The notes beneath the pieces are model-generated. The model was not told the DNA's origin and searched no databases. It saw only the letters and a program-made list of their open reading frames with translations. 36,071 nucleotides of DNA, taken from Abditibacteriaceae bacterium. GTDB lineage: Bacteria > Armatimonadota > Abditibacteriia > Abditibacteriales > Abditibacteriaceae. Both the position numbers and the translations under genes were made by a program. This document shows, piece by piece, positions 1-9,047 of the stretch (the first letter of the stretch is position 1; the number at the start of each line of letters is the position of its first letter). The stretch covers positions 1 through 36,071 of the forward strand of contig JANPJS010000104.1 of assembly GCA_031425655.1 (NCBI GenBank), given 5' to 3'.

Positions 1-3000
1 CAAAGGCTGCGGCTTAGGTTGCGCTTGCGCGGCGCGCGTATTCGGCTTGACGAAGCGCAAATCGGGGTTGCGGCCTTTGACCGTGCCAACCGGCGGCATC
101 GGCGGCAAAACCAACGCGCCGGCTAAGCCGCCTTTCGAGGCTGGCGAATGTTCCGGCGGGTCGGGCGAAGTGCCCTGCGTCGGCTCGTAGCCGGTGTCGC
201 TGAAATTGCTGTTGGCATAAAGCGACGAGTCGTAAGTGCCGCTGATGTCCTTTTCAGCGCCCAGACCTTCCATATCGGTTTCGACAGCGGCAAAGTCGCC
301 GATGTCAATCTCGCCGCCCGCGCCGTCGCCGCCTCCACCATCGTTCGCGCCGGAGGTGTCGCTTTCTCCGACGGAGCCATCGCCTGCTGCGCCGCCGATG
401 ACGTTGGCGCCGCCGCCCGACCCACCGGTGCTACCACCGCCGCCGCCGCCGGCACCGCCAGCCGCGCCGGTTCCGCCCGCTGCGCCGCTACCAGCCGCGC
501 CGCCCGCAGCGCCGCCAGAATTGCTGCCGTTGCCGCCCCCAACACCGAGCGCGCCTCCGGCGTTACCGCCAGCGCCACCAGCGCCGCCTTGATTTCCACC
601 AGCGCCGCCAGCCCCACCACTATTGCCACCGGCGCCGCCAGCGTTGCCGCCCGCGCCGCCTTGATTTCCGCCAGCATTAGCGCCTGCACCATTATTTCCG
701 CCGGCGCCGAGCAAACCGCCGCCCTGCCCGCCATTGTTGCCTGCGGGCGCGCCGCCATTTCCGCCACCGGCGTTGCCGCCGGCGCCGCCTTGATTCCCAC
801 CAGCGCCCGCGCCTAAAAGCCCGCCGGTGCCTTGATTGCCGGTCGGCGCTCCGCCCGCACCGCCGCTGTTGCCGCCGGGTGCACCCGCGTTGCCGTTTCC
901 AGCGTTGGCGGGAGGAGTTCCGCCCGCGCCGACACCGAGTGCGCCGTTCGCAGCGTTGCCGGTATTTCCGGCTGCGGCGTTGCCCGCATTGCCATTACCC
1001 GCCGGAGGATTGCCCGCATTACCGCCTGGCTGTCCGCCGGCATTTGCAGCATTGCCATTGGCAGCGTTACCTTGCCCGGCGCCGAGAAGACCGCCGCCGT
1101 TGTTGGCATTGCCTGCATTCGCAGCGTTGCCATTGCCTGCCGCCGGAGTGCCGGCGTTGCCGGCGGGCTGCGCGTTCGCATTTCCCGGCGCAGGCTGTCC
1201 CGTTGCGGCATTAGGATTTGCTGCGGCGTTGCCCGCGTTCGGCGTGGCGTTTCCGGCGCCCAGCAAGCCGCCCGGCGCTTGATTATTGCCGGGAGCGGCG
1301 TTATTTCCGCCGTTGGCCGGTTGTCCGCCGGTCGCAGGCGCGTTACCATTCGGCGTGCCGGCTGCGGGAGTCGCGTTGCCGGCACCCAATACATCACCCG
1401 GATTGGCATTGTTGGCGTTCGCGGCATTGCCGCCGTTGGCCGGCTGACCGCCGTTTGGCGCGGCGTTATTTCCGTTGGGCGCATTTGCGTTCGCGGGGCT
1501 TCCAGCATTCGCGTTGCCCGCACCTAATACGTCGCCGGGATTTGTTTGATTATTGGGAGTGTTTGTTCCGGCGGTGTTCGCGCCGACATTGCCGGGAGTG
1601 GCAGTGCCGGCGTTCGCGTTCGATGTGCCGCCTTGTGTGGCGTTCGCGCCTGCATTACCAGTGTTCGGGTTGCCGGGATTGGCGTTTCCAGTGTTCGGGT
1701 TGCCGGCGCCCAGCACGTCGCCGGGATTGGTGGGCGTTGCCGGATTCAGTGCCGCGCCGCCTGCATTGGCATTCGCGCCGGGATTTGCTGCGGTTCCCGT
1801 ATTTGCCGCGTTATTGCCCGTGGCGTTCGGCTGGACGGCGTTCGCGCCGGGAGTAGGATTGCCGGCGTTCGTCGGCGGCGTGCCGCCGTTCGCTGCATTA
1901 TTAGCTGTTGCACCCGGCTGACCGGCGTTCGCATTATTGGCCGCGTTTCCAGCGTTCGCGGGCGGCGTTGTCGTCGCGGGCGGCGTGTCGCCGGGAATCA
2001 GCACGGTGTTCTTGGCCGGCTGGCCCGCAGGCGGCTCCTGGCCTTTTGCCGAAGCGATTAAGGTGTTTTTATCGGGTGTGCCGTTTTTGGTTGCGGCGGG
2101 TTGCGGTGTGGTTTTATCGGGCTGACCGGCGACTTGCGGTCTAGGCGCCGGAGCGGTTTTAGGCGGCACGTTTTTCGGCTCGGTTGGCTCCGGCGTGCCG
2201 ATAAGCTGCGCTTCTTTGCGCTCCTGAATCAGCGCGGCATAGCGGCGAAAGGCCGGAGTCCACGGCTTGTATTTAAAGGGTGAAGCCAAACCAAGCGGCA
2301 TGGCGGCGCTTTCTTCGGGCGGCAATTTCGCTTCGCGCGGCTCACGTTTGGGCTTAACTTTGGGAGCGGGCGGCGGCGTGGCTGCCGGTTTGGGAGTTTT
2401 GCTCGCCGTGCCGCGCGTGCCGCGAGACTTGCGCTCGGCGCGTCCGCTTTGCTCGGCGCCTTTGCGAGCATTGAGCATTTTCGCCAATTGCTCTTTGGTC
2501 AGACCCTTCCACTGCTTCAGGTTTTGGTCTTTCAGCAGCTTACGGAGTTCCTCAATTTGCTCCGGCGTCAGCGCCTTGATGCCGGGCGGCATCTGCATAT
2601 CTTCGGGGAATTTGAGCGCGCTGAGTTCTTTGGGCAGCACGATTTTCTGATCCGGCGGCACGTCCCACAAACGCGCGAATTTAGTCGGCGTGAATTTGGT
2701 GGGAGCTGCCTGCGTATTGGCTTTGGAGGTCTCGCCCGTCTTTGTGCCGGTCTTCTTTTCAATTTCCGGTTTGGCTTCTTTCGAGGCATCCGGCTTCTTT
2801 TCCGGGGTCGTGGCGGCAGTTCCTTCTTTTACGTCCTCGTCTTTGATGCCCTTGTCTTCGTCTTCTTTGTCATCGCCCGAATCGGTTTTGTCGTCGGATT
2901 GGGCCGTGTCTTTGTCGGTTTTCACGGAGGGCGTGGGCTTTTCGATTTCCGGTTTGGTTTTCACAGGCTGCGGCTTCAAATCGGCACGCGCCAAAAGCGG

Positions 3001-3564
3001 TTTGGCGCCTTTCGACGCGCTTTTTCCGGCACTTTTGGCGCCGCCGCTTTTGCTGCCCGCTGTGCCGGCGATGCGCTGCGCGTTCGCGCCTGCGGCTTTC
3101 GCATTTTGGCCCGGCTTGCTGTTTTTGGACTGCGCTTTGGCGGCGCCGGTATTGTCACGTTTCGGTTTCGCGTTTTGTGCGGTTCCGCTGTTTCTGCGGT
3201 TTTTGGCGGTTTCGGCTTGTTTGGCGGCGATGGCGCGGCGCAGAGCTTCGGCTAATTTCGGGTTGAGTTTGGCGTTTTCGGCGCGGGGTGTTTGCGGCGC
3301 AGCGGTTTTGCGCGCGTTGGACGCGATGCGACGCGAAGTGCCGAGTTTTGGACGCGCTTGCGGCGTCGGCGTGGGCTGCGCGGCGACGCGCGGCGGCTTG
3401 TAATAGCCGATTCGCACAGGCCGCAGCTTTTTGCGAACCGCGTCCGGCGTGGCGGCGACTTTTTCGGGGTGCAACAGGCTGGCGGAACCAACCCAGCCCA
3501 CCATCAAAGTGTTGATGATAAACGAAATGACGAACGAAGTAAGCAGCAGGCGGTCACGAAACAT
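1..3564 (-). CDS. Giant membrane-anchored TonB-like protein with low-complexity linker (partial, 3' end beyond window)
   Basis: Manual translation. ATG at 3564 follows GGAG and lies 18 nt after the exbD stop. It reads MFRDRLLLTSFVISFIINTLMVGWVG (TM anchor), then Lys/Pro/Ala-rich and Gly/Asn/Ala-rich tracts, and is still open at base 1 (...RAAQAQPKPQPL). Plus-strand ORFs at 148, 832, 1546, 2449 and 3292 are all in its antisense codon register. The TonB call rests on position after exbB-exbD-exbD; no TonB_C domain is visible in the window. Confidence 0.8.
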   Translation of the reverse strand, partial: MFRDRLLLTSFVISFIINTLMVGWVGSASLLHPEKVAATPDAVRKKLRPVRIGYYKPPRVAAQPTPTPQARPKLGTSRRIASNARKTAAPQTPRAENAKLNPKLAEALRRAIAAKQAETAKNRRNSGTAQNAKPKRDNTGAAKAQSKNSKPGQNAKAAGANAQRIAGTAGSKSGGAKSAGKSASKGAKPLLARADLKPQPVKTKPEIEKPTPSVKTDKDTAQSDDKTDSGDDKEDEDKGIKDEDVKEGTAATTPEKKPDASKEAKPEIEKKTGTKTGETSKANTQAAPTKFTPTKFARLWDVPPDQKIVLPKELSALKFPEDMQMPPGIKALTPEQIEELRKLLKDQNLKQWKGLTKEQLAKMLNARKGAEQSGRAERKSRGTRGTASKTPKPAATPPPAPKVKPKREPREAKLPPEESAAMPLGLASPFKYKPWTPAFRRYAALIQERKEAQLIGTPEPTEPKNVPPKTAPAPRPQVAGQPDKTTPQPAATKNGTPDKNTLIASAKGQEPPAGQPAKNTVLIPGDTPPATTTPPANAGNAANNANAGQPGATANNAANGGTPPTNAGNPTPGANAVQPNATGNNAANTGTAANPGANANAGGAALNPATPTNPGDVLGAGNPNTGNANPGNPNTGNAGANATQGGTSNANAGTATPGNVGANTAGTNTPNNQTNPGDVLGAGNANAGSPANANAPNGNNAAPNGGQPANGGNAANANNANPGDVLGAGNATPAAGTPNGNAPATGGQPANGGNNAAPGNNQAPGGLLGAGNATPNAGNAAANPNAATGQPAPGNANAQPAGNAGTPAAGNGNAANAGNANNGGGLLGAGQGNAANGNAANAGGQPGGNAGNPPAGNGNAGNAAAGNTGNAANGALGVGAGGTPPANAGNGNAGAPGGNSGGAGGAPTGNQGTGGLLGAGAGGNQGGAGGNAGGGNGGAPAGNNGGQGGGLLGAGGNNGAGANAGGNQGGAGGNAGGAGGNSGGAGGAGGNQGGAGGAGGNAGGALGVGGGNGSNSGGAAGGAAGSGAAGGTGAAGGAGGGGGGSTGGSGGGANVIGGAAGDGSVGESDTSGANDGGGGDGAGGEIDIGDFAAVETDMEGLGAEKDISGTYDSSLYANSNFSDTGYEPTQGTSPDPPEHSPASKGGLAGALVLPPMPPVGTVKGRNPDLRFVKPNTRAAQAQPKPQPL

Positions 3565-3581
3565 AAAAACTCCAGAACGAC

Positions 3582-4064
3582 TTAGCGCGCCGGCTTGACG
3601 GCGGGCGCAAGGGCGTTGCCGCTGGCGTCCACCGGCTCGGTGGCGATGAGAATTTGCAGCGGTTGGCCGGACGGCGATGAGACCGTATTTACGGAATCAA
3701 TGACATCAATCAGGCTTTGCGCGTTTTGCGATTTGGCGACGTTGAGAATCACGATGCTATCGGGCCGGCGCGTGATGGCATTAGCGAGCGCGCCCTTGAA
3801 ATTCTCGCGCGCGATTTTCTGTTTGCCCATGAAAAACTCGCCTTTGGGCGTGACGGTCACGACGAGCTTGCTCGGCCCGCCGCTGCCATTATTGGCGCCT
3901 GTGCCCTGCGCCGCACCGCCGCGTGGCAAAGCCATGCTCACGCCTTTCATGCGCACCATCGAAAACGACGAGAACATGAAAAAGACGAGCAAGAAGAAGA
4001 TCACATCAATCATCGGAATGATCTCGATGCGCGCTTTTTTGCGGGGCGGCTGGTGAATCTTCAT
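3582..4064 (-). CDS. exbD: Biopolymer transporter ExbD/TolR family protein
   Basis: IEIIPMIDVIFFLLVFFM TM motif with the conserved Asp. Start moved to ATG 4064 (MKIHQPP) because the upstream extension lies in an inverted repeat. Confidence 0.93.
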   Translation of the reverse strand: MKIHQPPRKKARIEIIPMIDVIFFLLVFFMFSSFSMVRMKGVSMALPRGGAAQGTGANNGSGGPSKLVVTVTPKGEFFMGKQKIARENFKGALANAITRRPDSIVILNVAKSQNAQSLIDVIDSVNTVSSPSGQPLQILIATEPVDASGNALAPAVKPAR

Positions 4065-4070
4065 TTTTTG

Positions 4071-4192
4071 TCTCTCGCAAAGACGCAAAGGCGCCAAGTG
4101 GATTTTTGAAAAGCTACCAAAATGCTCGCAGAATCTTCACTACTTTTGCGCCTGATTCCATTCTCTTGGCGCCTTTGCGTCTTTGCGAGAGA
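4071..4192. repeat. Intergenic inverted repeat with perfect 28-bp arms built from CGCAAAGA-type units
   Basis: TCTCTCGCAAAGACGCAAAGGCGCCAAG (4071-4098) and its exact reverse complement (4165-4192). Confidence 0.95.
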
Positions 4193-4193
4193 T

Positions 4194-4622
4194 TCATTTT
4201 TCTAAAGGCACCTGCGCGGCGGCTTTGGGCGAGGTGGCAATCATGACTTTGCCGACGTTGGCTTGTTTTATCAAGTCGAAAACGCGCACGAAGCGTGTCA
4301 TTTGCTGTTCTTTGTCGCAGTTGATGATGACCGTGATTTCCGGGTTGGTTTTCACGCGCTCGGCAATTAAAGGCAGCACTTGCGTTTCGGGCACCATGTC
4401 GCGGCCCACGTAAACCTGTCCGCTTTTGGCGATGGAAACCACCACTTTTTCTTCGGGATTAAGCGTGGCCGTGCCGCTTTCGGGCAAGTTGACGCGCTGA
4501 CCTTCGAGTTGCACCATCGTCAGGCTCGTCATCATGAAAAAGACGAGCAAAAAGAAGATCACATCAATCATAGGAATGATTTCGATGCGCGCTTTTTTGA
4601 TTTCCGGGCGCAGCACTTTCAT
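4194..4622 (-). CDS. exbD: Biopolymer transporter ExbD/TolR family protein
   Basis: IEIIPMIDVIFFLLVFFMM motif, VNLPES, IINCDK periplasmic motif. Confidence 0.95.
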   Translation of the reverse strand: MKVLRPEIKKARIEIIPMIDVIFFLLVFFMMTSLTMVQLEGQRVNLPESGTATLNPEEKVVVSIAKSGQVYVGRDMVPETQVLPLIAERVKTNPEITVIINCDKEQQMTRFVRVFDLIKQANVGKVMIATSPKAAAQVPLEK

Positions 4623-4632
4623 GGAATCTCGA

Positions 4633-5298
4633 TTACTTCGAAGCCGTCACGGCGCGCTCGGAGCCACGCTCCTGCGCATCGCGCATACCGGCTAAGATGT
4701 TCAAAAGCTGCGTGGCGCGCGTTTCCATGTCGGCGATGATTTCGCGCACGCGCTCACCCAAGTAGTTGTAAAACGGTAGGGTGCCGATGGCGATAACCAG
4801 GCCCGCGGCTGTGGCGATAAGCGCTTCGGCCACACCGCCGGTGATAGCGCGTGTCGCGGCGCTGGCATCGCTTTGCCCGACCACGCCGAACGCCGAAATC
4901 ATGCCGGTAATCGTGCCGAGCAAGCCCAAAAGCGGCGCCATCGTAATGATGGTATCGAGAATACCAAGCCGCTTATTCAGTTCGGGCGCCTCGCGCAGCG
5001 CCAGTTCTTCCATCGCGCGCTCAATTGAAGCGTTGTCTAAATGGCTGTTGCGCAGGCCGTTGGCCAAAAGCGCCGCGACCGGGCCGGAAGTGCTTTCGCA
5101 AAGGCGCAAAGCCTCGTCCACTTGTCCGGCGCCGAGCAAGCTTTTCAGCTTTTTCAGAAGTCCTTCGGTATCAACCGCCGCGCGATTGATGGAAATGCTG
5201 CGCTCAATGATAACGGCTAAAGCAATCGTAGCCATCAGAAACATCGGCCACATCACCCAACCGCCTTTAAGCAGAAACTCCATGCCGTTTGCAATCAT
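4633..5298 (-). CDS. exbB: MotA/TolQ/ExbB proton channel family protein
   Basis: GGWVMWP, APLLGLLGTITGMI and GGVAEALIATAAGL motifs. Confidence 0.95.
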   Translation of the reverse strand: MIANGMEFLLKGGWVMWPMFLMATIALAVIIERSISINRAAVDTEGLLKKLKSLLGAGQVDEALRLCESTSGPVAALLANGLRNSHLDNASIERAMEELALREAPELNKRLGILDTIITMAPLLGLLGTITGMISAFGVVGQSDASAATRAITGGVAEALIATAAGLVIAIGTLPFYNYLGERVREIIADMETRATQLLNILAGMRDAQERGSERAVTASK

Positions 5299-5527
5299 GC
5301 CTAACCTTCGTGCTTTTCTCTAATAAGGTATTGAGAAAGCGAGTTTATTGAATTGCAGTTCGACACTGACTGCTTTTAGGAGTTGCACCGTGCGCCTGTC
5401 GGTTGACCGGCGATTTCACCTGATTTTAATCTTCGCAAAGGCCCCGCGCGGTTGCGGTTGGGGAAGAGGTTGGTCAAAATTGCCGGTAAGCGCCTTTGCT
5501 TTTGCAGGCAAGGCACCCTAAAACACT

Positions 5528-6877
5528 ATGAAAACGAATTTCCAGCAAATATCTCTTTTTCAACGCGCGGCCTGCGTCGTGACACTCGGCGCGGTAGCTT
5601 TGTCAGGCTGTGGCGGCCCGAAAGAGGCATCGAACACCGCCAGCGGCACCGCAACAGGCACCGGCAGCGGAGCAAAGAAGCTTTCCATCGTCACGCCGCA
5701 TGGCCGGGAAATTCAGGCCGAATTCGAGCGGCTTTTCAAAGCTAAACATCCCGACGTGACGCTTCAATGGTTCGACAAAGGCGGCACCTCGGAATTGCTT
5801 CGTTTGGTGCAATCTGAGTCGAAAAGCGGCAACAAAATGGGCGCCGATTTGTTTTTCGGCGGCGGCGCGGAAACCTTCCTCGAACTGGAAAAGAACGATT
5901 TATTGCAGCCTTTGCCGTCGGATTACGGCGTGCCTGCGGCCTTAAATGGCGTGCCGTTGCGCGGCGAAAACAATCGCTGGGTCGCTGCGGCGCTGTCGGG
6001 TTTCGGATTACTGGTCAACCAGACCTTCGCCAAGCGCGATAATCTGCCGATTCCCGCCGTGTGGGGCGATTTGGGCAATCCGAAGTTGCTCGACCGCGTT
6101 GAATTGGCCGATCCGCGCCGTTCGGGTTCGGCGCACACGGCTTACGAAATCATTTTGCAAACGAATGGCTGGGAAAAAGGCTGGAAAGTGCTGCTGGGCA
6201 TGACAGCCAACGCGCGCAGCTTCAAACCGAGCAGCACCGACCTTGTCACGGACGTAACCAGCGGCGAAGCGGTTATCGCGCCGGCCATTGACTTTTACGG
6301 TCGCCGCGCCGTAGCCGGCGCCGGAAACGACGCTTCGGGCCAGCCAAAATTGCTTTACATCGAGCCGAAAGGCCAAACCGTAGTCACGCCCGACCCAATT
6401 GGCCTCTTGAAAGGCGCGCCGCACGCCGATTTAGCGCGCGAATTCGTGCAAATGGTGCTCTCGCCCGCAGGCCAAAAACTGTGGATGTTGAAAAAAGGCG
6501 CGCCCGGCGGCCCGAAAATGGAAACCAGCACCGACATCGCCGGATTTTATCGCTTGGCCGCGCTGCCCGCGCTTTACAAACCGATTCCCGCCGGCAGCCT
6601 GATTCAATCGAATCCATATAACACCAAAAATCAGCGGTCTTACGACGCCGTTAAAGGCGCGCAACGGCGTCAAGCGTTGGATGCGCTGCTCGGCGCGGTT
6701 TTGATTGACAATCGTAAGCCTTTGAAAGCCGCCTTCGCCAAAAACCCTAATTTGTCTTACGTCCCACTCAGCGAAGCCGAACTCGCCACCGCCGCTGCGC
6801 AGTGGGAGAAAACCTCCTTCCGCACCGCCAAAACCGACGAATGGCTCCAAGCCGCGCGCAAGGCTTTTCAGGGATGA
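5528..6877 (+). CDS. ABC transporter substrate-binding lipoprotein (Fe3+/AfuA-like family)
   Basis: Lipobox LSGC; ADLFFGGG, LADPRRSGSAH and PDPIGLLKGAPH motifs typical of this binding-protein family. Confidence 0.88.
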   Translation: MKTNFQQISLFQRAACVVTLGAVALSGCGGPKEASNTASGTATGTGSGAKKLSIVTPHGREIQAEFERLFKAKHPDVTLQWFDKGGTSELLRLVQSESKSGNKMGADLFFGGGAETFLELEKNDLLQPLPSDYGVPAALNGVPLRGENNRWVAAALSGFGLLVNQTFAKRDNLPIPAVWGDLGNPKLLDRVELADPRRSGSAHTAYEIILQTNGWEKGWKVLLGMTANARSFKPSSTDLVTDVTSGEAVIAPAIDFYGRRAVAGAGNDASGQPKLLYIEPKGQTVVTPDPIGLLKGAPHADLAREFVQMVLSPAGQKLWMLKKGAPGGPKMETSTDIAGFYRLAALPALYKPIPAGSLIQSNPYNTKNQRSYDAVKGAQRRQALDALLGAVLIDNRKPLKAAFAKNPNLSYVPLSEAELATAAAQWEKTSFRTAKTDEWLQAARKAFQG

Positions 6878-6912
6878 GGGCGGAGGGATGAGGGATGAAG
6901 GCGGAGGGATGA
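6871..6912 (+). repeat. Six-unit heptamer tandem array (GGGATGA/GGGCGGA) with no inverted partner
   Basis: GGGATGA GGGCGGA GGGATGA GGGATGA AGGCGGA GGGATGA. The first unit supplies the TGA stop of the binding-protein gene. Confidence 0.9.
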
Positions 6913-6936
6913 CGCAACACCTTTGGGCAGGACTTT

Positions 6937-8298
6937 ATGAGAATTGAGCAAATCATCTTGAAGCAAGTCGGGCCATTCGAGGATGTGACGATCAGCCTGC
7001 CAGCAGGTAAGAATCCAGATTTGGCCGACGTGTATTTGCTCACCGGCCCCAATGGGTCGGGCAAAAGCACCGCGCTTTATGCGACGGCAGGCATCATTGG
7101 GTGCGGACATGGAAATCTTGGAATTGATCTTGGAGAGGGACGCCTGCGATCTGTGGATTCTGTGGCTGCGCTGGCTTTCGATGGATGCCAACGCGCGACA
7201 GCATGGCGACTTGTCGGAATCACCCCTCGCCACCAACTTCCAAATCCGTTCGGAGGTAATCAATTGGCACAACAAACTAATAGAGGACCACTTATAGGCT
7301 ATTACCAGTCTCCAGATGAGCACGAAATCCATCAATATTGGCAACAAGCCCACAATTTCGACATTAAACAGCCTCCCGATGCCCGTCCCAAGTTTTCTTG
7401 GGCCGCATTCGCTTACGCGGGGATGCGTTCGGTCAGTGACGCGCGAGTGACCGCAATTACAGAACCAACTTATAGTCCCTTTGAGGGCAGCCTTTCCTTT
7501 GTCAACACGGCGAACACTGATCGTTTGGCGGAGTGGATTGCCAATCAAGATTTCAAACGCCTCAAGGCCAAAGAAAACGGAAACATCTCTCGCGCTGCAC
7601 AACTGAAGCAAAGTGTTCTCGACATCCAGCGGGTCGTAACCGAAATTATTGGAGAAGAATTCGCCTTCGTTACCAGCGATGACGATAACAACGTCCGAGC
7701 GCGTCGCAATGGTGTGACGATTGATCTGGTGCTTCTGCCGGATGGTTTGAAATCCATCGTGAGTTGGATCGCCGATCTGCTGATGCGGCTTGATCGTATT
7801 CCTTGGATTGACGACACGCCTCCGATGAAACGTCCCTTCTTGCTGTTGCTTGACGAGGTGGACATTCACCTTCATCCCTCGTGGCAACGCAAGGTGCTGC
7901 CTATCGTGCAGCGAATGTTTCCGAACGCCCAGATTATCGCCTCAACTCACAGCCCTTTCGTGGTGGCATCTGCGGACGATGCGAGAATCATCACCCTCAA
8001 AGTGGAAAACGGCGTGGCAAGTGTTGAAAATGAGGCTGACAGCCAAATTGGGGTGAGTTACAGTGCCGTTTTACGCTCCATCTTTGGCATTGATTCCGAG
8101 TTCGACATAGACACAGAGAAAACGTTTGCGGAGTTTCACACGGCAAAACAGGAGCTTTTGTCGGGTGTTTCTCAGGACGATACATCGGTTCATGAACTTG
8201 CAGATTCCCTTTCAGAACGAAGCGAGGAATTGGCAGGCCTTATCGCTATTGAACTGCGCCAGATGGAACGGCAACTTGCTCACAAGGGTGCCCGATGA
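6937..8298 (+). CDS. ABC-type (AAA_21-like) ATPase, Septu PtuA / retron effector-like
   Basis: Walker A GPNGSGKS, signature variant LPDG, Walker B/D-loop LLLLDEVDIHLHPSWQ, H-loop STHSP. ATGA overlap with the downstream HNH gene. Confidence 0.85.
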   Translation: MRIEQIILKQVGPFEDVTISLPAGKNPDLADVYLLTGPNGSGKSTALYATAGIIGCGHGNLGIDLGEGRLRSVDSVAALAFDGCQRATAWRLVGITPRHQLPNPFGGNQLAQQTNRGPLIGYYQSPDEHEIHQYWQQAHNFDIKQPPDARPKFSWAAFAYAGMRSVSDARVTAITEPTYSPFEGSLSFVNTANTDRLAEWIANQDFKRLKAKENGNISRAAQLKQSVLDIQRVVTEIIGEEFAFVTSDDDNNVRARRNGVTIDLVLLPDGLKSIVSWIADLLMRLDRIPWIDDTPPMKRPFLLLLDEVDIHLHPSWQRKVLPIVQRMFPNAQIIASTHSPFVVASADDARIITLKVENGVASVENEADSQIGVSYSAVLRSIFGIDSEFDIDTEKTFAEFHTAKQELLSGVSQDDTSVHELADSLSERSEELAGLIAIELRQMERQLAHKGAR

Positions 8299-8906
8299 AA
8301 GAGTGCGAACGAGGCCCCGCCCCCGCGCTTCTGGAGCGGCACGGACAAGCCATCGCCCAAGACTACATTGTCAAGCGGCGGGACAACCCTTCTTACCGTT
8401 TCCAATGGCCGCGACGGGAAGGCCAATCGCTCTCCGCTGTAACATTGGAAGCACTAAAGGCCATGACGGATGAACGCTGCGCCTATTGCGACGGCCATCC
8501 CATCGCTGCAATGGGCGAAGCCCAAATAGACCACTTTCGCCCAAAGAGCCGCGCGGAATTTTACGGGTTGGTCTGCGCTTGGGAAAACCTTTTCCTTATC
8601 TGCTCAGCCTGCAACAAGGCAAAGTTGGACAAATGGGATGAAGCATTACTACGTCCAGATGACGCAAAATTTAGGTTCGATCACTATTTTGCTTATCGAA
8701 CGGACACTGGTGAATTGATACCAAATGCAGCAGCGCCTCTTTCCCAACAGCAACAGGCCATACGAACTATCGAAATCCTTGACCTGAATCGGGCCGGGGC
8801 CTGCACACTTCGAAAGATGACGGTAGGGTTGATTCGTGCGGCACAAACCGAAGACGATTTATTAGACCTCGGCTACCGGTTCTTATTTCCGCTTTGCCGT
8901 CCTTAA
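8295..8906 (+). CDS. HNH endonuclease, Septu PtuB / TIGR02646-like
   Basis: CAYCD...IDHFRPKS...WENLFLICSACNKAK zinc-binding HNH pattern and TIEILDLNR motif. Confidence 0.88.
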   Translation: MKECERGPAPALLERHGQAIAQDYIVKRRDNPSYRFQWPRREGQSLSAVTLEALKAMTDERCAYCDGHPIAAMGEAQIDHFRPKSRAEFYGLVCAWENLFLICSACNKAKLDKWDEALLRPDDAKFRFDHYFAYRTDTGELIPNAAAPLSQQQQAIRTIEILDLNRAGACTLRKMTVGLIRAAQTEDDLLDLGYRFLFPLCRP

Positions 8907-8953
8907 AGAAGCAAACTGAAAGAGTAGCGATGGCCGGACGAGAAAGTAAGACT

Positions 8954-8980
8954 GGCAGCCTTCGGGCTGCCGTTCTTGTT
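8954..8980 (+). terminator. Probable intrinsic terminator after the HNH gene
   Basis: GGCAGCC-TTCG-GGCTGCC stem with a UUCG tetraloop, followed by GTTCTTGTT. Confidence 0.7.
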
Positions 8981-9047
8981 AACTTATCTTCGAGGTAGGG
9001 ACATCCTCGCCGAAGGCAACCGCGTTAGATGAAATTCAAAATTCTCC

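Noticed and set aside
330..1970. Mycobacterial PE_PGRS gene
   Set aside because: Only compositional similarity; there is no PE domain and the context is exbBD.
123..3585. Many Ala/Arg/Pro-rich ORFs listed on both strands
   Set aside because: They are antisense or off-frame shadows of the GC-rich repetitive minus-strand gene starting at 3564.
6868..7887. 339-aa minus-strand ORF
   Set aside because: Antisense to the motif-rich ATPase, with no recognisable domain.
6878..9047. Complete retron (type I-A) system
   Set aside because: No reverse transcriptase in the window, and the short flanks show no recognisable msr-msd.
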